The notes under the pieces were generated by a model. The model was not told the origin of the DNA and ran no database searches. It was given only the letters and a program-made list of their open reading frames with translations. Of a stretch of 43,524 bases of DNA, positions 37,801 to 43,524 are shown one piece after another. The stretch's first letter is position 1. The number at the start of each line of letters is the position of its first letter. The stretch comes from Rhizobacter sp. (GTDB lineage: Bacteria; Pseudomonadota; Gammaproteobacteria; Burkholderiales; Burkholderiaceae_C). The stretch spans positions 1-43,524 of the forward strand of contig JANMAW010000198.1 in the NCBI GenBank assembly GCA_031360005.1, written 5' to 3'. A program made the translations under genes and the position numbers.

Positions 37801-40800
37801 CGGCATCGGCATCGAGCTCGCCGCCTGGTTGCTGCGCGAGTTCGACGCCGAGGTGCTGCTGCTGTCGCGCACGGCCCCGATCGACAACGCCACCAACTCG
37901 GCGGACCAGCGCGCGCGTCACGCGGCGTGGGAGCGGCTTCAAGGCCTGTCGCTGCGCGTGGCACACACCGCGGTCGATGTGCGCGACGCGGCGGCGCTGC
38001 GCCGGGCCTTGCAGGACAGCGCCGCGTCATGGGGCGCAGCAGCCGACGCGGTGTTCCACCTCGCCGCCTCGTACCACGAAGCCGCGCTCGCCGAAGAGAA
38101 CCCGGCGAGCCTCGAAGCGGCTTTCGGCGCCAAAGTCGGCGGTCTCGACGCCTTGCTCGCCGCGCGCGACGACGCCACCGCGATCGTCTGCTTTTCGTCG
38201 GTCGCCAGCCTGTTCGGCGGCGCGCTGGTCGGCGCCTACGCGGCCGCGAACCGCGCCCTTGACGCATCGAGCGCGAGCCCGAATGTCTGGAGCCTGGCCT
38301 GGAGCGGCTGGCACGACACCGGCCTGACGCGCCACTTCGGCGCGCGGGAACCACTGCGTGCGATGGGCATCGTCGATCTGCCGCTGGCACAGGCTCTGGC
38401 GAGTCTTCGGGTGGCACTGGCCCAGCCGCCCGGGCCGCTCGCGATCGGCCTGGCGGCCGACGCGCCCTACGTCGCGCGGCGCTCGATCAACGTGCGCATC
38501 GAACAAGGCGTCACCGTGTTCTGCGAGACACCATCGCCGCTGACCGCGGCCGACAGCCTGAGCTTGCGTGACCGCTTCGGTGTCGCCTTCCCGCTGCGGC
38601 TGCAACGCATCGATACCTTGCCCCGCAGGGTCGACGGTGCGGTCGACCGCGCGGCACTCGATCACATGGCCCGCCACGGCCTGGGCTTTCGCCTCGCCGT
38701 CGGTCCGGTCGAAAGCAAACTCGTCGACCTGTGGCGGCGCGTCCTCGGCGTGCAAGCCATCAGCGCCGATGCAAGCTTCTTCGAACTCGGCGGCCAGTCG
38801 CTGCTCGCGAGCCAGTTGATCACCGCGATCGGCGCCGAGTTCGGCGTTCATTGGTCGCTGCGCGACGTCTTCGAGGCGCCCACCGTAGGGGCGCAAGCGG
38901 CGCGTCTGGCCGAAGCTGCCGGCGCACCGCCCGAAACGGCGACGCAGGCCGACCGCGCGCGCCCGCTGCCGCTCGGCTCGGCGCAACAGCGGCTGTGGTT
39001 CCTCGACCAGGTTCATCCGCACAACAGCGCGTTCAACATCCCCGCCAGCATCCGATTCGCGACGCGGCCCGATCCCGAGCGCGTGCGGCGTGCGCTGCAG
39101 GCGCTGGTCGACCGGCACGAGAGCCTGCGAACGCACTTTCCGCTGATCGATGGCCGGCCGCAGCAGATCGTCGTGGCGCACGCGCCGGTGCAGATGCCGA
39201 TCGAGCCGTTGCCCGAGAAATCGACGCCGGCCGCGCTCGCCGAGGCCGAAGCGCGGCGCGCGTTCGACCTCGCCACGGGGCCGCTGTTTCGCGCACGGCT
39301 CATCGATCTGCCCGACGGCGGCGCGTTGTTGCTGCTGACCCTGCACCACATCATTGCCGACGGCTGGTCGATGAAAGTATTGTTTCGCGACTGGCTTTGC
39401 GCCTACGAATCCGATGCGCCTGCGCCGTCGCTGGCGCTCCAATACGCCGACTTCGCCGCGTGGCAGCGCGCGCATGCCGGATCGCCGCGCTATGCCGCCC
39501 AGCTCGATTACTGGCGCAGCCAGCTCGGCGACCACCTCGCCGGCTTCGGGCTGCCGACCGACCATGCGCGGCCCGCTGTGCAGACCTACGCCGGTGCGAC
39601 CGTGAAGAGCCGCCTGCCGGCAGCGCTGACGCGCAGGCTGCGGGCGCTTGCGCGCAGCCAGGGCGTCACGTTGTTTGTCACCCTGCTCGCGGCCTACAAG
39701 GCACTGCTCGCGCGCTATGCGCAGCAGCACGACGTCGTCGTCGGCACCGTGGTCGCGAACCGCGACCGTGCCGAGTTCGAGACGCTGATCGGCTTCATCG
39801 TCAACGTGGTCGTACTTCACACCGATCTAGGCGGCGACCCGCGCTTCGTCGACATCGTGCAGCGCGTGCACCAGGGCGTGCTCGATGCCTACGCGAACCA
39901 TGAGGTTCCATTTGAAGCGCTGGTCGACGCGCTGCAGCCGCAACGCGACACGAGCCGCTCGCCGTTGTTCCAGATCGCTTTCGATCTGCGGGACCCCGAG
40001 ATCACGCGCAGCAGCGCGCCCGATCTGACCTTCGGCGTGATGGAGCCCGATCTTGGCGCGGCGCAATACGACCTGCATCTCACGCTCGAGGAAAACCATG
40101 CTGCCGAACCGGCGCTGACCGCGCTGTGGCAGTACAACACCGACCTCTTCGATCGCGCGACGATTGTGCGGATGGCCGGCAACTTCGAAACGCTGCTGGC
40201 CGCGGCGGTCGAGCAGCCGGGGCGACGCCTGTCGCAACTCGCGCTGCTGCGTGCCGACGAGCTCGCCTTCATCGCCAAATGGAACCGCCGCGAAGCTCCG
40301 TTCCACCGCGGTGTGTGCCTGCACCAGCTGTTCGAGGCCTGTGCGGAGCGCACGCCTCAGCAAACCGCAGTCGTGCACGGTGCGACGAGGCTGAGCTATG
40401 CCGATCTCGAGGCGCGCAGCAATGCCTGGGCGCATCGGTTGCAAGCGCTCGGTGTCGGTCGCGACACGATGGTCGGCATCTGCCTCGAACGGTCGATCGA
40501 CATGGTGGTGGCGATGCTCGCCACATTGAAGGCCGGCGGCGCCTTCCTGCCGCTCGATCCGACCTATCCGCAGCATCGACTCGACTACATGGTCGCCGAC
40601 TCGGGCATCACGCGCTTGCTCACACACAGCCTGCTCGCCGCACGCTTCGATGCGGCCGAAACCGCGGGCCTCGACGTGCTGCGCATGGACGAGCCGGACG
40701 TTGCGGACTTCGCCGCCGCCGCGGCGGTCCGACCGCCGTGCCCCACCACCGACCGCAGCCTGGCCTACGTGATCTACACCTCCGGCTCGACCGGGCGGCC

Positions 40801-42205
40801 GAAGGGCGTGCTGGTGGAACACCAGGGCTGGTGCAACGTCGCGCAGGCGCAGCAGGACCATTTCGGATTGAAGCCCGGCATGCGTGTGCTGCAGTTCGCC
40901 TCGGCGAGCTTCGACGCCTGCGCATTCGAGTTGGCGATGGCACTGGCCAGCGGCAGCACGCTGGTGCTGGCGAGCAGCGCCGATTTGATGCCCGGGCCCA
41001 ACCTCGCACAACTGCTGCGCGAACAGCACGTCGAGGTCGTCACCTTACCGCCGACCGCGCTCGCGGCGCTGCCCGACGCCGACTTTCCGGACCTGAAGGT
41101 CATCACCGTCGCCGGCGAAGCCTGCCCACTTTCGCTCGTGCAGCGTTTCGCGCGGCCGTCGCTGCGATTCTTCAATCTGTACGGCCCGACCGAAGCGACA
41201 ATCTGGTCGAGCATCGCCGAATGCCGGGCCGGCGACGGCCACGCGCCGCCCATCGGCGTCCCGGTGTCCAACGTGCGGCTCTACGTGCTCGACGCCCACC
41301 GCCACCCGCAACCGGTCGGCATGCCGGGCGAGCTCTACATCGGCGGCGTCGGTGTCGCGCGCGGCTACCACCGGCGGCCCGAGCTCGATGCCGAGCGTTT
41401 CTTGCCCGATCCGTTCGCCGACGGCGCCGCGCGCGCCGAGGCGCGCATGTACCGCAGCGGCGACATCGTGCGGCTCAACGCCGCCGGCCATCTCGAGTTC
41501 CTCGGCCGCAGCGATCACCAGGTCAAGATGCGCGGCTTCCGCATCGAGCTCGGCGAGATCGAATCGGTGCTGCGCGACTGTCCGGGCGTCGGCGAAGCGC
41601 TGGTGGCCCTGAGGCAACTGGCCGACGGCGACGACGCACTCGTCGCCTACGTCGCTTCGGCCGCCGGCGCGGCATTCAATGTCGAGGCTGCGCGGCAACG
41701 CCTGCGCAGTGCGCTGCCGCAATACATGGTGCCGGGCTGGATCGTGCCCTTGGCGGCGTTTGCATTGACGCCGAGTGGCAAGATCGATCGCGCCCGCCTG
41801 CCAGACCCCGAGCGCCACGCGGCCGCGCAGGCCGGACCGGTCGAGCTGCCGCAGAACGAACTGGAATGCGCGATCGCCGCGGTATGGCGCGAGGTGCTCG
41901 GCACCGAGACAATCGACCGCCGCCAGAACTTCTTCGACGCCGGCGGTCATTCGATCAAGATGGCGCAGGTGCATGCCAAGCTGAGCGAACGGCTGCGCCG
42001 GCCGCTTGCACTCGTCGACCTGTTCCAGTATCCGACGGTCGCCACGCTGGCCGGCTACCTGGCCGCACCGGCACTGCGGTCCACGATCGAGGCCACGCTG
42101 CCATCGCAGCCGCTGCCCCCGCCCGACGGGCTGCGCCTGAAGCCGAACGCAGAGCGCCTCGCCGCGCTCGCCGAGCGCCAGCGCGCGGCGCGCGGCCAGT
42201 CCTGA
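34877..42205 (+). CDS. Non-ribosomal peptide synthetase, A(keto-acid type)-KR-T-C-A-T
   Basis: A1: TSGSTGRPKG, WMPLSHVAG, WGMSE, PKTSIGK. KR: ITGGLGGIG, YAAAN. T1: FFELGGQSL. C: HHIIADGWS. A2: YTSGSTGRPKG, NLYGPTE, TPSGKID. T2: FFDAGGHSI. No terminal TE. Confidence 0.95.
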   Translation: MTTGPLEAALRATPQIDDCRVVMRRTTAGALEPVVYAVPAAGVSADELAASVAALPLGAVSPAVVVVLPAAPLAESGDWDPPALDTLAVLDAEVLDHAERLAREATGLYNVAAVASTRAAAAPPWHLSALLPNWSRPSMAPGTEARRADAQAASTQTLAPPALSDGGELLIPDGGPALLAEMLLRAAEVPAPAGLVVVRADGREIEIRYAELLGQARCILSGLRVAGLCAGDHLLMPLRHHDDFLATFWACQLGGIVPVPVGVPPSFGEANGALKHMADAMEMFDRPVIAADAAVLAGLRQAAHVLPLKVHRALDVAALRSHAPATELHAARPGDIALMMLTSGSTGRPKGVPLPHRCLIARTVGTVAMNRTPAGVTSLNWMPLSHVAGLLLSHLQDTYLAARQVLVQTEDILRTPLLWLDLLERHRVQFTFAPNFAFGLVAAEADQIARRRWDLSRLAFIMNGGEAIVAATARRFMSLLAPHGLPADAMVPAWGMSELCSGVTYEHGFGLETTSDSDPYVRVGRPMPGVRLRIVNDRGEVMREGQTGQLQIACASLFGGYFRDLPPRAEAFSADGWFFTGDLARIDDGNLTITGRDKDVIIINGANYAGPAIEAAVEELAGVARSFTAACAVADARVGGGEGLALFVVPERDDDRGLADLLRAIRQKIVQSFGISPAVIVPLTRDDIPKTSIGKIQRAALQKALQHGRYEAALRRVDVLSANEHTLPRWFYHRVWHQRLAAPAAPSASALPCLLLFANIGDPLMQALAAASPNTTVVERGSAFEHVAPGHFRVGPMLRDDIARICALLAAQGQAPSHAIWLLALDGATSGDLASRCVAIGHDFIASLQGLMAHGGAMSLAVVTRGAVRVHAGDTAHPDRAMLAALVQTAAQEHQHCHAVHVDVDVDVDADADAPGRLASRIIGELTTPGDQREVAWRGEERWIPLLQALALETAPQASPLLRRGGRYVITGGLGGIGIELAAWLLREFDAEVLLLSRTAPIDNATNSADQRARHAAWERLQGLSLRVAHTAVDVRDAAALRRALQDSAASWGAAADAVFHLAASYHEAALAEENPASLEAAFGAKVGGLDALLAARDDATAIVCFSSVASLFGGALVGAYAAANRALDASSASPNVWSLAWSGWHDTGLTRHFGAREPLRAMGIVDLPLAQALASLRVALAQPPGPLAIGLAADAPYVARRSINVRIEQGVTVFCETPSPLTAADSLSLRDRFGVAFPLRLQRIDTLPRRVDGAVDRAALDHMARHGLGFRLAVGPVESKLVDLWRRVLGVQAISADASFFELGGQSLLASQLITAIGAEFGVHWSLRDVFEAPTVGAQAARLAEAAGAPPETATQADRARPLPLGSAQQRLWFLDQVHPHNSAFNIPASIRFATRPDPERVRRALQALVDRHESLRTHFPLIDGRPQQIVVAHAPVQMPIEPLPEKSTPAALAEAEARRAFDLATGPLFRARLIDLPDGGALLLLTLHHIIADGWSMKVLFRDWLCAYESDAPAPSLALQYADFAAWQRAHAGSPRYAAQLDYWRSQLGDHLAGFGLPTDHARPAVQTYAGATVKSRLPAALTRRLRALARSQGVTLFVTLLAAYKALLARYAQQHDVVVGTVVANRDRAEFETLIGFIVNVVVLHTDLGGDPRFVDIVQRVHQGVLDAYANHEVPFEALVDALQPQRDTSRSPLFQIAFDLRDPEITRSSAPDLTFGVMEPDLGAAQYDLHLTLEENHAAEPALTALWQYNTDLFDRATIVRMAGNFETLLAAAVEQPGRRLSQLALLRADELAFIAKWNRREAPFHRGVCLHQLFEACAERTPQQTAVVHGATRLSYADLEARSNAWAHRLQALGVGRDTMVGICLERSIDMVVAMLATLKAGGAFLPLDPTYPQHRLDYMVADSGITRLLTHSLLAARFDAAETAGLDVLRMDEPDVADFAAAAAVRPPCPTTDRSLAYVIYTSGSTGRPKGVLVEHQGWCNVAQAQQDHFGLKPGMRVLQFASASFDACAFELAMALASGSTLVLASSADLMPGPNLAQLLREQHVEVVTLPPTALAALPDADFPDLKVITVAGEACPLSLVQRFARPSLRFFNLYGPTEATIWSSIAECRAGDGHAPPIGVPVSNVRLYVLDAHRHPQPVGMPGELYIGGVGVARGYHRRPELDAERFLPDPFADGAARAEARMYRSGDIVRLNAAGHLEFLGRSDHQVKMRGFRIELGEIESVLRDCPGVGEALVALRQLADGDDALVAYVASAAGAAFNVEAARQRLRSALPQYMVPGWIVPLAAFALTPSGKIDRARLPDPERHAAAQAGPVELPQNELECAIAAVWREVLGTETIDRRQNFFDAGGHSIKMAQVHAKLSERLRRPLALVDLFQYPTVATLAGYLAAPALRSTIEATLPSQPLPPPDGLRLKPNAERLAALAERQRAARGQS
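37578..37613 (+). repeat. In-frame hexanucleotide tandem repeat inside the NRPS
   Basis: (ATGTCG)x4 + ATGCCG + ACGCCG, encoding VDVDVDVDADAD. Confidence 0.8.
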
Positions 42206-42220
42206 TACGAGCGACGGCGC

Positions 42221-43524
<1,304 letters not shown>

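Overview
GC-rich bacterial DNA (by gene content plausibly a Burkholderiales-type betaproteobacterium; inference only). Almost the whole window is one surface-polysaccharide locus. It starts with a PEP-CTERM protein and contains Wzx/Wzy-type export genes (wzx, wza, a CpsD-like P-loop protein, Wzz/GumC, Wzy/O-antigen ligase family), four glycosyltransferases, nucleotide-sugar enzymes including a complete GDP-D-glycero-alpha-D-manno-heptose set, and many tailoring genes (2 AsnB-type amidotransferases, deacetylase, SxtI/J/K-like carbamoyltransferase module plus SGNH hydrolase, JmjC and Asp/Asn beta-hydroxylase-type oxygenases, 2 paralogous polysaccharide-lyase-like proteins). Interleaved with these is a hybrid NRPS-PKS: an alpha-keto-acid A-KR-T-C-A-T NRPS and a type I KS that runs off the right end. 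Its type II thioesterase and PPTase head an apparent operon of sugar genes. The main hypothesis is an assembly-line-made acyl group used to decorate a PEP-CTERM-associated exopolysaccharide. Also seen: an ~85-bp non-coding element present twice upstream of the SGNH and NRPS genes, and a decayed duplicate hydroxylase gene split precisely by a 1.46-kb insert carrying a glycosyltransferase. No rRNA, tRNA, CRISPR array or transposase was recognised.
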